DNA from: Octopus vulgaris
Taxonomy: Eukaryota
Direction of reading: 5' to 3'
DNA length: 64,000 bases
NCBI GenBank assembly: GCA_951406725.2
Contig: OX597827.1
Span: forward strand, 55,490,001-55,554,000
The translations under genes and the position numbers were made by a program. A model generated the notes under the pieces. That model had not been told where the DNA came from. It made no database searches and saw only the letters and a list, made by a program, of their open reading frames with translations. Below are positions 23,838 to 37,070 of the stretch, in pieces; positions within the stretch are counted from its first letter, which is position 1, and each line of letters opens with the position of its first letter.

Positions 23838-25310
23838 CTTCCCTTTAATGTATCATTACAGATGCATAATGCATGTGTATGTACCAGTTGTGAGCAACCT
23901 GCAGCCTGTGGCACTTTCTGAATGGCACATCTAATGAAAAATTACCTTAGATTTTTTTAGTTGTGCAACCTTCCTGGTCATGAACCATGTCTTATGTGGT
24001 CTGCTTCTTGAAAAAAGGTTGCCCATATCTAGTATATACTTAAAGACTGTTGCCACCAATTTGTTCTGAATTTGCCCTTATAGTTCCAAGAGCAGTAATG
24101 TCTTGTTCTATTGTTATCTTTATGTTCCATGTCATGCTGATTTTGATATTTATAAGTTCTTGTACAAATTGTTTTACTCTGTGTGCCTATATATAAATAG
24201 TCTATTAGAAATGGCTTTAATATTGGCAATGTCAAGTATGTTGGACATTGATGGTGCTATCTGTATTTCTTTGACCCCTTATAAGATAGTGGGTCAGTTT
24301 CTTAAGGATCATATTTGTCATTGACAAGTGCTCTACTGCAAATTTTGGGCCATTTTGTCATTCTATTGAATATATTTTTTTTGTTACTAAAGAAACCATT
24401 TGAAGTTTCTTTAAATTCTGTTTTTACCCTAACTTTCATTTAAGACTGATTTCCTTTTTCATTATGTTTTGGTGTTAAGTTTAGTGGCTACAACCTGATT
24501 TTCACTAGCTATCATTATGCCTTCTGTTTCTACCTTTTAGCTCTGTATTCCTTCTTCATTAATCATGCTGGAGTTTATAAATTCCTGGTTGATTAATAGA
24601 TCATTAATATTGACTGTACGTCTATATATCAAGCAGTATTTGTCTAATGGAATCTCAAATTCGATGTTTCACTTTGTTTCTTAATCATTTTACCTGCTGT
24701 GATGGATGTGATATTTTTAGGCACATCTCTTATTAAGCTAAATTTCTCTGAGCTGTTAATACAAATTCATCTCAGAAGCAAACAGACACATATACTACGT
24801 ATTTTAACCTTCCTTACTCCTGAGAAGCTTTTAAAAATCATTTTTCTGAGGCTTTGAAGGAGAATATTCCATATTCTGAAATGCCAAAATATACATCTAA
24901 CTAAAGCTAGCTGGTCATTTCTGGATATTTTAGGCAGCTTGTTTAAGGAGTTGCATTGTTAATAGCTTTCTTGTCTTCCAGTTTCTTTACTGATGCTCAA
25001 GATCTTTTGTTATAATAAATGTTCATTCTTACTTCAGCATTCTGTAATTCTGTTTTTGCTTTGTTCTTCATCAGTGTATGTTACATTAGAATACTTTTCA
25101 CTTGTCCCAGTATACAGCTGTGAGTGTTCTCTTCCTTGTCCTTTTTGTTACAGCTACTGTTTCTTATTAGCTGTTTGTCCTGCTTTTTTAAACTGATGTC
25201 TTGGAAGACTTGCAAACCACACAGTCAGGTCTAGTTTGAAGCCATGAAATATAGCCTAGAGTTATTCTAATGTCTAACTCAAGATCAAAATAGTATTTTA
25301 AGGCCTTTAA

Positions 25311-25531
25311 CCCTTTCATTACCGTATTTATTTTGAGATGTTCTGTGTTTCTTTCAATTATTTTAGATATAACACAGAATTTTGTAAAATAACTTAGTTA
25401 TCATTAAGCTAGTATTAGGAACAGTATTTGTGACTCAGGTTTGGTGGAAGATTTTAATTAAAAACTTATGAAAACAAGACATTTGTACTACAGAGCCAGA
25501 GCCGGTTTCAGCTGGGTTGGTAACGAAAGGG
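25311..25531 (+). mobile_element. piggyBac-type MITE, family A
   Basis: TTAA|CCCTTTC...GAAAGGG|TTAA; homologous copies at 27564-27784 and 41522-41735 (inverted). Confidence 0.88.
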
Positions 25532-26469
25532 TTAAATACAACAGTTGATTAACTTTGCAGCTTTATATTTTGAAGTCGGTTATGGAAGCATTTCAACAAA
25601 ATGCTAAGTGGGGGCAGCTAGGTAAAGCAAAATAGCTAGATAATATGAAGTACTCTAGGAATATATACATCTTGGTATTGGATATGATTAATTTATGTGA
25701 TTATCTTTAGTAAGTCCATTGTAATTCATTTGACATAGGTAACAGCCATTGATATGCTTTTTAGTAATCATGTTTTTGGTAGGATCAGTTTCTTTAGTTC
25801 ACAAGTGATTTTATTATTTATTTATTTCAGTAACAGGAGCTAAACTTTATTATTATTATTATCATTAAGACAGTGAGCTGGCAGAATCATTACCGCACTG
25901 GACAAAATGCCTAACAGCACTTCATTTATCTTCATATTCTGCTGAGATTAACTTTGCCTTTTATCCTTTTGGGAGTCAATGTAATTGACTTATCCCCCAT
26001 CCCCAAAATTACTGGCCTTGTGCTAAAATTCGAAACTGCTATTATTATCATTCCCCATACAGTATCTGTTACTTACACAATAAGTTCTATTGATTCAAGT
26101 TCCTGCCTGGTTGTTGGCTATCCAAATATAGGTGTATGTGTGTATATATAAATATATATATATATATTCTATGGTAACAGCAGATATATATATGATAGAT
26201 GTATCCTTAGGCAATAGTATTTTAGCCCCATCTTTACTTTTTGGTAAAAAAAATCACTGTACGTAGAATATAAATCTTACATTCATCATGATATTAATAT
26301 GGTGGTCATCTCTTAAAATATGTTAATATGGTCGATATGTGAGGCTTTTTAATTTGGAAAGAATAATGTTATTTGTGCAGACAATTGAGAAACACTCTAA
26401 ATGTTTTCTCTTTAGTTTGATACCACATTGTTCTGGTTCAAATTATATTGGCATCTATTCAGTTTTTAA

Positions 26470-26685
26470 CCCTTTAGCATTCAGATTCTTCTGTGAAATG
26501 TAATACTTAATTCATTCACATTGCTTTAAGTTCATCATGCATTATCTTGAAGCTTCGAAATATCGATGATGTGATTGTTTCTTTTCTAGAGTGACATTGT
26601 AGGGTAGTTATGAGAAGCCAGATCTGGCTAGTTTGAGCATAGAAAACTATTTGGGTTGGATATGTCTGGTTTAAATACTAAGGGG
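26470..26685 (+). mobile_element. piggyBac-type MITE, family B
   Basis: TTAA|CCCTTTAGCATT...AATACTAAGGGG|TTAA; homologues at ~27789-28013, ~33933-34135 and 39175-39395. Confidence 0.85.
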
Positions 26686-27563
26686 TTAACTTTTCTAAGG
26701 TTAATAAAAAAAGTGTAAAAATATGATCTTAGGTTCGAATTGACGGTTCATAATTTTTTTTTTTTTTTTTGCAAACCTTGTACATAGGCAAAAGATCTTG
26801 GTTATTTTGTATTAAGTCCTGCAATGTGCCATGTTGCAGGTGCATACATTAGAAAAATCTAAAGGCTAAACCTATTTCCCATTATGAATTAGACAACCCC
26901 TTTTCTTTGTCTCTATACATCTTATATCATTATTACTATTGTATAAGAAATTTAGTTTCAGTGGAGAATGTTAATTCCTTAAATCTGAATTGTAGAGGAA
27001 AATTACAGACTTTTTGTTAGGTATGTGTGTGAGTTTACATATATATATATACACACACACACATACATACATACACATATATATGTATACATATATATAC
27101 ATACACACACATATATGCATGCGTACACACATTTAAATGCATATATACACACTTAAATTATTCTGCTCCAGCAATACAGGGTTCAGAGTTTATTGCATTC
27201 TTGACATATAAAGTCTGACAAATGGTGACATTTAACCCCACAAGTCATAGCAAAAAGGGGGTCTATTAGAGCGGTAAGGATTTCTATTTATTTATGTGAC
27301 ATATGTAATCCAGGCTAGAATAATATTTTAGTTTGTGTGCACATATCTGCAATGGGAACAAGAAAAACCAATTTGCAACTGAAGTAATACGTATATGATA
27401 GTAAACTGTATAATGATGTTTAATTAACTTTTCATTACTAAATTGACAAGAAAAGCATTTGTCAAGTAAGCAAGGTGGCTGAATTTAGATAGTTGTTACA
27501 CTTCAGGATATTAAGTTAGTACATCAGTTCCCTCCCAATTTTATAACATGAAACAGCTTTTAA

Positions 27564-28013
27564 CCCTTTCGTTACTGTATTTATTTTGAGATGCTCTGTG
27601 TTTCTTTCAATTACTTTAAATATAACAAAGAATTTAGTAAAAGAACTTAGTTATCATTAAGCTAGTGTTGGGAACATAAATTGTGACTAAGGTTTGGTGG
27701 AAGATTTTAATTCAATACTTATGAAAGTAAGACATTTGTACTACAGAGCCAGAGGCGGTTTTGGCCGGGTTGGTATCAAAAGAGTTAAACCTTTAGCATT
27801 CAGATTTCTCTGTCAAAAGTAATGTTTATTTATCCACATTGTTTTGAATTAATCATGCATTATCTTGTCGCTTTGAGATTTTGCTGATGTGATCATTTAT
27901 CTTTTTTTTGAATGATATTGTAGGCTAGCTGTGAGAATCAGGATCTGATCAGTTTAAACATAAAACTAGTAGGATATTTGGGCTGGATATGACTGATTTA
28001 AATGTTGAAGGGT
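27564..28013 (+). mobile_element. Abutting piggyBac MITEs (family A then family B) sharing one TTAA at 27785-27788
   Basis: Family A body 27564-27784, then ttaa, then family B body. Confidence 0.82.
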
Positions 28014-29888
28014 TGAAGTTTGCTAATTATAATTGATTCAGTGATGTAAAGTCCCGCTGCTTTTCTTATAATAATCTAGTGCCTGAATTGACCCAACCAT
28101 CTATTCATACACTTTTTATTCTCATGAATGGTCTTAACTAAGACATCAGTCTTTGTTGTTCTTTTCTTTTTCATGGTATCTCTCTCTCTCTTTGATAATT
28201 CCTATCTGTAAAATTCAAATCATTTCTGAAAACCTGTCGACTGAGATCTGCAATCTTAACTTTTTTTTTTCTTTTTCCAAATATTGATTGACTTGGTCTT
28301 GCTATTGAGAAACAAAGATTTTAAAATTGTTATAAATATGATCACAAATGATACATAGATTTAAAACAAGTTTCCAATTTCTCTTGGTGTTCATGGTGTG
28401 CTATTTAGCCCCAGGTCAGTCCTAATTGAGCAGTCCTATGATCAAAAATATTTTAGCCATAACGAACCCATCATTTTTATTTTGATTTTGATTTTTATCA
28501 AAGACAGAAAGACAGTAGTATGTGATCTGATGGATATTTGACTGCTACTTTTGGTAGGTCGAGCAATTCCATAGCTTGTCTTGTTGGCTCAAACTTCTTT
28601 TGGTTGCTTCAGATGGTTGGTGCATGTCACTTGTGAAGTGTTCTTCATGATTTGGCAAAATAATAATTTTAAAAAAGAAAACAAAAAAAATTTTTTTTTT
28701 TTCAAAATGTCCTCATGCCTGGAAGGAATTAACTGGTTTTATTGCCAGGGATAGGAAAAATTCAAGACTTAACAGTGCTTTTAAGCACTGTTGTAAACTT
28801 CTGTAGCTATTCTGATTGTATATAAAGACAGTGTATTTGATAATGCATTGCAACAAAATGTCACATTCTTTATTTACAAAGATGTTTTTTTTTCCTTTTT
28901 TTATTTAAAAAGCCACTTCATTGAAAATTAAAGTCCAAATTTTCAATACCAAAAAAAAAAAAGAAGAAAACTGTCCCACCACTTTATCAATGTGATATAT
29001 TACATTTGTTTGTTTTACATTTTATTTAAACACAATCTCTCTCTCTCTCTCTCCCCCCCCCTCTCTAATATGAAATTACTGTTTTCCCTCCCAAAATCCT
29101 TTAACAGACTGTTTTAAATTGGCTGCATGTAATGTGTGTATCTTTGTATGTATATAATATATATATATATATATATATGTAGATTTGCTTAACCAAAGAA
29201 TTGTTGCCATCTCTAATTCAAATAGGTCTTTGGAAAGAATTTGAATTATTGAACAATGAGTTTCTTTGCTAAAACAATGAATATATATATATATATAAAT
29301 GCATACATATATGTATATCTATATATATAAATGCATACATATATGTATATCTATATACATATATGTATGTATATGTGTGTGTGTGTGTGTGTATATATAG
29401 AGAGATACACACACACACATATATATCTTCAAATGGAATTTGTGTGCATTATGTAACTTTATTGCTCCAAATATGTATGTGTGTGTATGTGAGAGTGTTT
29501 GTATGTGTATCTATATATATATATACATATATGTATATGCACGTGTGTGTCTGTGTATATATATATTGTGTGTGCGTGTGTATGTGTGCATTATGCATAA
29601 AAGATAACTGGTACCTGTGCTATTTGCTCTGTTTCCTTCATTGAACAATATTTCCCCTATCTCACTCCTCTTTCCGTCTCTGAAACAACAGTTTACAATG
29701 ATGATGATAATGAACTTTGTGGAATGTTGCTCTTTTATTGAAGAAATGGTTTTAGTCATGTAAAATTTGTTAAACAAGGGGAAATTTTATTTTCCTCTCA
29801 ACATATAAATTTGTAGTAAAACAAATTTGAAGTTTGTATACTTTTTGTATATTCCCCCCCTCTTAAAAAAAAAAAAAGCTCCTTTATA

Positions 29889-29966
29889 AATAAAAGGAGG
29901 TTATTTTGCTACACTTACAATTCAATGCTGTTTTATTTATTTCTTTTGTTGTGTCTTTCTTTTTCA
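29889..29966 (+). terminator. Putative distal polyadenylation signal of FBXW7
   Basis: AATAAA 29889-29894, upstream UGUA motifs, CA ~25 nt downstream, then a U/GU-rich tract; dense SINEs resume right after. Confidence 0.5.
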
Positions 29967-30012
29967 GTCAAAAAACAAAAGAGCATATATATGTATATAT
30001 ATCTTTTTTTAA

Positions 30013-30370
30013 TCTTTTACTTGTTTTAGTCACTAGAATGTGGCAATGCTGGGGCACTACCTTGAATTTTTAGTCAAACGAATCAACACCAGTCCTTTTT
30101 TTTCTTAAGCTTGGTATTTATTCTATTGACCTCTTTGCCAAACCACTAAGTTATGGAGACATGGTTGTCAAGTGGCAGTAAGGGACAAACACAGACACAA
30201 AGACACCTACACATAGATGTGTGTATATATATATATAGGGGGAGGCTTCTTTCAGTTTCTATCTAACAAATAAATCCACTCACAAGGTTTCGGTCAGCCT
30301 GAGGCTATAGTAAGAGACACTTTCCCTGGGTACCATGCATGTGGTTGGGAAGCAAAGGTCTCACTACATG
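30013..30370 (-). mobile_element. Family-1 SINE, diverged
   Basis: Tail, body and partial head homologous to 11221-11588. Confidence 0.8.
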
Positions 30371-32097
30371 TGTGTATGTATATATATATATTTGTGTGTG
30401 TGTGTGTATTTATGTTTGTACTTGTGTATGCATATAGGCGCAGTTATTAAAATGTTTGTTTCACATTCATTTCTCCATGATTAATTGGGCAAGTGGCGTA
30501 TTTATTGGAGAACATCTTACAGTTTTACCTTTTCCTATAACAAATTAACCATCTTCGGAGTGGTACCTGTTTTCTCTCAGTGTGGCAGGGTTTAAGTTTT
30601 ACTTGGGTGCACAGTACTCTAACTATATAAGAAGTAAAAACATTTGAACTCATTAACATTACAGTTAGTGATCCATTTCAGTATTCTCCCTCCCCACAAC
30701 CAAAATTTGAGTTTGTGTTAAACATCAGCATTTAATGTCCATTTTTCTGTGCTTACTTGGGTCAGAAGGAAGTTATAGAGACAGGTTTTCTACAACTGGA
30801 TGCCCTGTCTGTTTCCAAGCAAGATGATGATGTCCATGACCAGATGCATTACAATGATATCACATAATGCCAAGGGAATAGTAGCATATGCACGCACATA
30901 CATATATCTGTATACGGTGAGCTTCTTTCAGTTTCCATCCATCACAAGGTTTTGACAAGGTTTTGGTTGGCCCAGGGCTATAATGGAAGATACTTACCTA
31001 AAGTGTCATACAGTAGGATCGAACTAGAGACCATGTTGTTTGAAAGCAAACTTCTGACCATGCAGCCAGCCATGCCTGTATCTATTGAATGATAATTAAT
31101 CCTTTGTGCTGTAGAAATTAGTTTCATCAATCAACCCTTTACCCATCCTGTGTGTCATATGTGATACTCAAGACATACTTGCCTGGTGTCCAAGTATCAT
31201 ATTCATATATGACCAATTATTTTTCCAATCCCAGAGTAACTTGGAACTTATGAAAGGAAAGCTTTATTTTGCTCAGAATATATGAAGCAAATGAGGCAAG
31301 AGCTAAATAAGTCTGAAAACAAATGTGGATGTTTAAGACAAACTTATGAAAATGTTTTGTATAGACACAAAAAATTTAAGGCTTTTTTATTCACTTCCAT
31401 TTATTATGATTAGACAATTTTATCTTATTCAAAATCTACATGAGTACTATATTGTCTCTGCTTTGCTTTCTTGAAGGAAATTCAAAGGTAGTAATATTTC
31501 TTTGGAAATTGCAACGTTTTGTAAAAAAAAAATTAAAAAGCTTGAATGAATTATCTCCCTTTGTATCATGCTCTTTTTTAAAAACAAAACAAATCAAACT
31601 ACGATAATTATCTTAAACAATTAAATTATATAGTTTTATACAAAAGTCCCAAGAGGCTACGTATGGTGGATTACATCATTACTGGCCTTGCCACGGTTTA
31701 TTAATATACCTAACATAATGACAATTCCAAGAATTTATTATATTTTGAAGAAATTGCTGAAAGATTCTGATGATCTTCAGTTGGTTTGCAAATGTTGATT
31801 CACTCAAAATTGTTGCAACTAAACTACTCAGAAAATGGTTTAAGTTGAGCTTCCTAAAAATAAGCAAACATGTGAATGGATTTGGGAGATGGAAACTGAA
31901 AGAAGCCTGTCGTCCATATATGTGCATGTGTGTGTTTGTGACTTCTTGTCTTGGCATTGCTGTATAGTCGTAACATAGTTGTAACATATTATTGCATAGC
32001 TTGGAAACAGATGAACATTGGCAACAGGAAGGGCACCTAGCTGTAAAAAATCTACTTCAATAAACTTCGTTTGACCCATGCAAACATGGAAAAGCAT

Positions 32098-32223
32098 ATA
32101 TAGATGTTTTCGATCTAGTTTGGATTCTTTGCCATCAAATTTGAATTCTTTACACACAAATTTGATTGCAAAGAATTCAAATTTGATGGTAAAGAATCCA
32201 AACTAGATCGAAAACATCTATAT
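32098..32223. repeat. Near-perfect hairpin (57-bp arms, 12-nt loop) inserted in a SINE tail
   Basis: 32098-32154 is the reverse complement of 32167-32223 with 2 mismatches. Confidence 0.95.
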
Positions 32224-33069
32224 TAAAATGATGATGTTGATACATCTGCCACATATGATTCAGAGAGCTTTTGCATGCTGGTGTGGGTTAAATAAAACTT
32301 GTTGAAGTAGGTTTTCTACACCAAGAGGCCCTTCCTGTTACCAGCCCTTACCTGTTTTTCATGTATGGTCATTTCACATTGAAGGCTCTATATGGAATTT
32401 TTATTAACTGAAGAATGTAGGCAAAGTTGCTGGCTTTTTTTTAAAAATTTATTTTTTGTTATTTCACTTGATGTTTAACAAGGATACATAGAACAACATT
32501 CATACACATATACATGCTCACACACAAGCACACCTTCACATGTTTTCATCATCATAATCATTTAACATTCACCTTCAATGCTAGCATGGATTGGCCAGTT
32601 TGATAGGATCCAGCCGGTCAGAGGATTGTGTCAAGGTCCAATATCTATTTTGACTTGGTCCCTATGGTTTGATGACCTTCCCAACACTGACCACTTTACA
32701 GAGTTTATTGGGTGTCTTTTGTGTCATTGGCACCATTGAGGTTACCACATAACTTGTAAGACAAGGCCCCTTGACAGAGTCGGGGTGTAGTATTGAGGGA
32801 GGTGGCTTTACGCTAGGTATCGAGAAGCAAAAGTGTGATAGTGGGCTAGGAACAGATGCCTTACTGTAGAGGAGATACATGACAGCCCTAGCTGGGAGAG
32901 AAAAGATGGTGGTAGGTGGGGGTGAGGTGTTAGGATGTAGTCTTGAGGTACAAGTGGGTGAATATGAGGGGGATAGGGACAGGGGAACAGGAGTGGTAGG
33001 TAGTTAAATACAAGAGTGTGAGACAAAAAAGCTGATGATTAAAGATGGGGTATAGATGAATGTAGTGAA

Positions 33070-33375
33070 TGTACATGGCTCAGTGGTTAGAGCATTGGGC
33101 TGACAATCATGAGATAGTGAGTTTGATTCCTGGACTGGGCTGTGTGTTATGCTCTTGAGAAAGAACTTAATTTCATGTTGCTCCAGTTCACTCACCTGTA
33201 GAAATGATTTGCGACATCACTGGTGCTAAGCTGTATCAGCCTTTGCCTTTTCCTTGGGTAATATCAGTGGCGTGAAGAGAGAAGGCTGGTATGCATGGAT
33301 GAATGCTGGTCTTCCATAAACAACCGTGCCTGGACTTGTGCCTCGGAGGGTAACTTTTTTGATGCAACCCCATGG
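33070..33375 (+). mobile_element. tRNA-derived SINE (family 3)
   Basis: tggctcagtggttagagc A-box, gagtttgattcc B-box; body matches 49075-49409 inverted. Confidence 0.8.
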
Positions 33376-34635
33376 TGGCTAGGCAAGTGTTTCTTTTTTA
33401 CTATGGGCTTAGACTGAACAAAGCTTTGTTGAGTGAAAGTAAAAGAAGTTGGTGTGGTAGTCTGCCGGTGCTCATCCTGCAGGCGTGGCCAAACCACTGT
33501 AGCCTGTGCTGCCAGACTTGGTCTTCAATGATCAGCTGCTGCTGCTGGAATTGTTCTTGATATTGTTGTTTGAGATTTGGTTACATAGAGAGACCAAAGA
33601 TCTGAGTTTGTTCAGGTCTTGCTTGAGGATGGACAGGCTGTAGAGCAGGACAGGCAGAATTTACAAAATAAGCCATGATTAATTCAAAATCAAACAAATA
33701 CAAGCAGACAGAGTAATTTGAATGCTAATGGTATGGACTGTGATTTTAGGTACCATGTATACAATAAGCCACACAGATTTATCTAAGGGTGTATTGAATG
33801 CTCTTACATTATTGTTGTTAGTATAACTAATGCAAAATCTATATTTGTGTGCATATGTGCTGATGAGTATCATAATCCATTGGTTAAATGGTACATTAAA
33901 GATTAGGATTTTATACAGTTTGTGCAGATTAACCCGTTATCATTCAGATTATTCTGTCAAATTTAATATTTGCATCGTTTTGTATTAATCATGGGTTATT
34001 ACGTAGCTTTGAGATTTCAGTGATATTGTTCAGTTTTTGAATGACATTGAAGGGGGAGTGTGAGAGGCCATATATGACTGGTCTGAACATAAAACTGATA
34101 GAATATTTGGGCCTAATATAGTCAGTTTAAAAGCTTAACCTTTTGGCATTTGAACCGACCATATTCCATTATTTAGTATCCCATTAAATAATATCATCTT
34201 TGATATATTGTGTCTGAAGAAAGTGGTGAGCTGCCAGAACCATCAGCACATTGAATGAAATTCTTAGTGGCATTTCTTCTGGCTTTACGTTCTGAATTCA
34301 AATCCTTTTAGGGTTGATGAAATAATCACTGGGTTCAGTGTACTTGCTTAGCTCTCTCCCACAAAATTTCAAGCCCTTTGCCTATGGTAGAAAGGGTATA
34401 CTGTACATGATATCAAGGCTGAGGTTCTCTTGTTCATAGACAAGTCTGTTCAGTCAATGTCGATGTGTGACTGAGATGCAGGCATGGCTGTGTGATTAAG
34501 AAGCTTACTTTGCAACCATGTGGTTTCAGGTTCAATCCCACTGTGTGGCTCCTTTAGCAAGTGTCTTCTGCCCTAGCCCCAGGCCAACCAATGCCTTGTG
34601 AATTTGGTAGATGGAAACTGTGAAGACATATCAAG

Positions 34636-35136
34636 CAGAATTCTGGTTTAAGCACTCCATATAACCCCTCATAACTTTTTTATTTTTTGGAATTTTGAGA
34701 AATTTTTTTTCAAGTTTGTTTTCTACATAGAAGAATTCATAGGATTTTGAAGACAGAAAAATTTTTTAAAATTTTTTAAAACTGCCCCCAATCCTCACTA
34801 AATCCTAAAAGTTTTACTCTTTTTCAAATGTTTTTAAAACACAGAGTCCAAATTTTTTGCTTAAATCCCAGAAATAGATCATCCTTGTGTGCATCATCAT
34901 TACACTAAATGTGTTTATGGGGAGAAAAATATTGAAAAACATCAATACATGTCAAAGATACAAAGAAGGTATCTGGTAGTTGTGAGATGTACTAAAAATA
35001 ATAGCTAAATTACACAAAAAGATTTTTTTGCATATTCATATGAATTCCTCTGTGTAGAACACAAATTGACAAAAATTTTTTGAAAATTCCAAAAAAATTA
35101 AAAAGTTACAATGGGGTGTTTCAAACCAGAATTCTG
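34636..35136. mobile_element. ~500-bp MITE with ~110-bp imperfect TIRs inserted in a family-1 SINE
   Basis: cagaattctggtttaagcactcc... versus ...ggggtgtttcaaaccagaattctg; inner arms also complementary. Confidence 0.8.
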
Positions 35137-35279
35137 AAAGTGCATAGTATGTGTGTGTGTGTGTGTATTTATGCCTGCATTTGTTCCTCATCACTGCTTG
35201 ACAACCAGTGTTTGTTTACATCCTAGTAACTTAGCAGTTCTTCAAAAAGGACTGACAGAATAAATACTTCAGTTGATTT

Positions 35280-35535
35280 AAGTTAAGTTAATTTTTTGGC
35301 TCAAAAAGCAAAAAGCAAGGCCATGTTGGGGGACATAGAATTATGTACAGGGAGGGTGTTCATGCAAAGGGTTCAGGCCATTTCTGGTCAAGAGAGACTT
35401 TGAACCGAGCGGTTGTTGGCATCTTCACTATCTCGTCCCGCAGCTTATTCCACGGATCTACAACCCGGACGGAGAAAGCCCCTCTCCTTCGATTGAGATG
35501 AAATCGTCGCAGATAGAGCTTTTGACTAAAACCCT
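35280..35535 (-). mobile_element. CR1-type LINE 3' end (ORF2 C-terminus plus 3' UTR)
   Basis: KLYLRRFHLNRRRGAFSVRVVDPWNKLRDEIVKMPTTARFKVSLD matches the CR1 ORF2 end pattern FSxRVVxxWNxL...FKxxLD; (aactt)n tail. Confidence 0.85.
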
Positions 35536-36284
35536 TCAAGGGAAAGCTCGCCCCCCCCCCCCATTTCCCCAGCAAGGTTGCAATCTAAAGACTGAAACAA
35601 GTAAAAGATAAAAGATAACCTGCAAATCACAAAAGAATTGCTTTTCAAGTAAATCTTTTAAAATTCTTCTTATTTTCAAAATGAAGCTGAAGCATGCATC
35701 AGAAGTGTCGTTAATGAGTGAACTAAGTGCTGCAAATGATGTGATAACAATGGTTTCTTTGAAATCAAAGAACAAAGGTGAATTTTAGAGATGACGAAGA
35801 AGAGGAAATTGGTGATTGATACAAGTTCAGGATTTTATTGATTTTATTGACCTTTCTGAATTATGCAAGTGAAGTTTACTTTGAACTTTTGTGACAATCA
35901 TGTGTTTCTCAGAGGTGTCTGTGGTGTAAGTGAACTGGGAATCAACAGTTTGGTTATTGTGGTTTTTGGTTTGTTACTTCATTCAGGAAGCTTGTTGTGG
36001 TGGTGATGGCAGCAATTCAGTGGTGACAATGGTGGCAGCAGTGGTGGTAGTTGGAAGGAGTCAAACAAGTAATGGTGAGATTCTGGTAAGCTGAGACCAC
36101 TACAAGAATGACAAGATGGCAAAAAAATAGTAGAACGTTAAGCTAAATGTTTTGAAGGTCTTGGTTTCTTTTGCAATCTGAGTTCAAATTTTGTCCTTTG
36201 CTTTTTCATCTTTTCAGAATTGATAAAATATTAGGGATGCCAAAAAATAATGATGCATTTCGTTGGAATGAGCTCAAATCAACA

Positions 36285-36510
36285 TGAGGGAGGAGAGGCT
36301 GAAAAGTTCCTGGCTTTGGGTAAAAGAAAATGAAGCAAGATTAGCAGAGTTAATTATGATTTTATTCAACATATTCCTCTCTCAGATTCACACATTTATT
36401 GCAGCAGTCCTTCAGTTTTTCTAAGCCTTGTAAAAGAACTCAGAAGGTTGGGCCTCCAACCAGGCCTTTTGCAATACCCTTAAAGCCAGGACCTTTTCAG
36501 CATCCACTCA
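36285..36510. mobile_element. Mariner-type MITE
   Basis: TIR core gctgaaaagttcctggcttt / aaagccaggaccttttcagc; TA-like flanks. Confidence 0.75.
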
Positions 36511-37070
36511 TAAAACATTTTGTAAATGTATTTATTTATTCAAAATATGAACACCATCATTAACATTTTCCTGTCTCAAAACAAGTTTCCTGATTGCTTG
36601 GGGAAAAAAAAAAAATTCTGGTTCTTTACAAGAAAGAAATGTTTGGAGTGCTGTTTCAACATCATTCCTGTTTTTGAATGTTTTCTACCAATAAAGTGTT
36701 TGAGTGACCTGAATCTGATAGTGCTAAGCTGGTAAGTAGTAAGGAAGAGGTAGAGCTTCCTAGTCTAATAAGTTTATCTTTTCTTGTATTGCCTTCACTG
36801 AATATGGCCTTTATTCACAGGAGACAGCTCATGAGGTAACCACCTCCCTTCTTTATATACTTTCCCAATCTGTTTCAGATGATCTCGCACAGTGGACAAA
36901 GTTTTATCATGTCACTGGGATATGTCTCTCATACTTTGATGTGGACCTTCTTGTGGCATGACATCAGACTATTTTACTTGGAAATATGGCATAACTTTTC
37001 AGAACCCCTAATACATATCATTCAAGTACTTGGGTTCAATAAATTAGAAATAGAATTTTAATATACTTCA

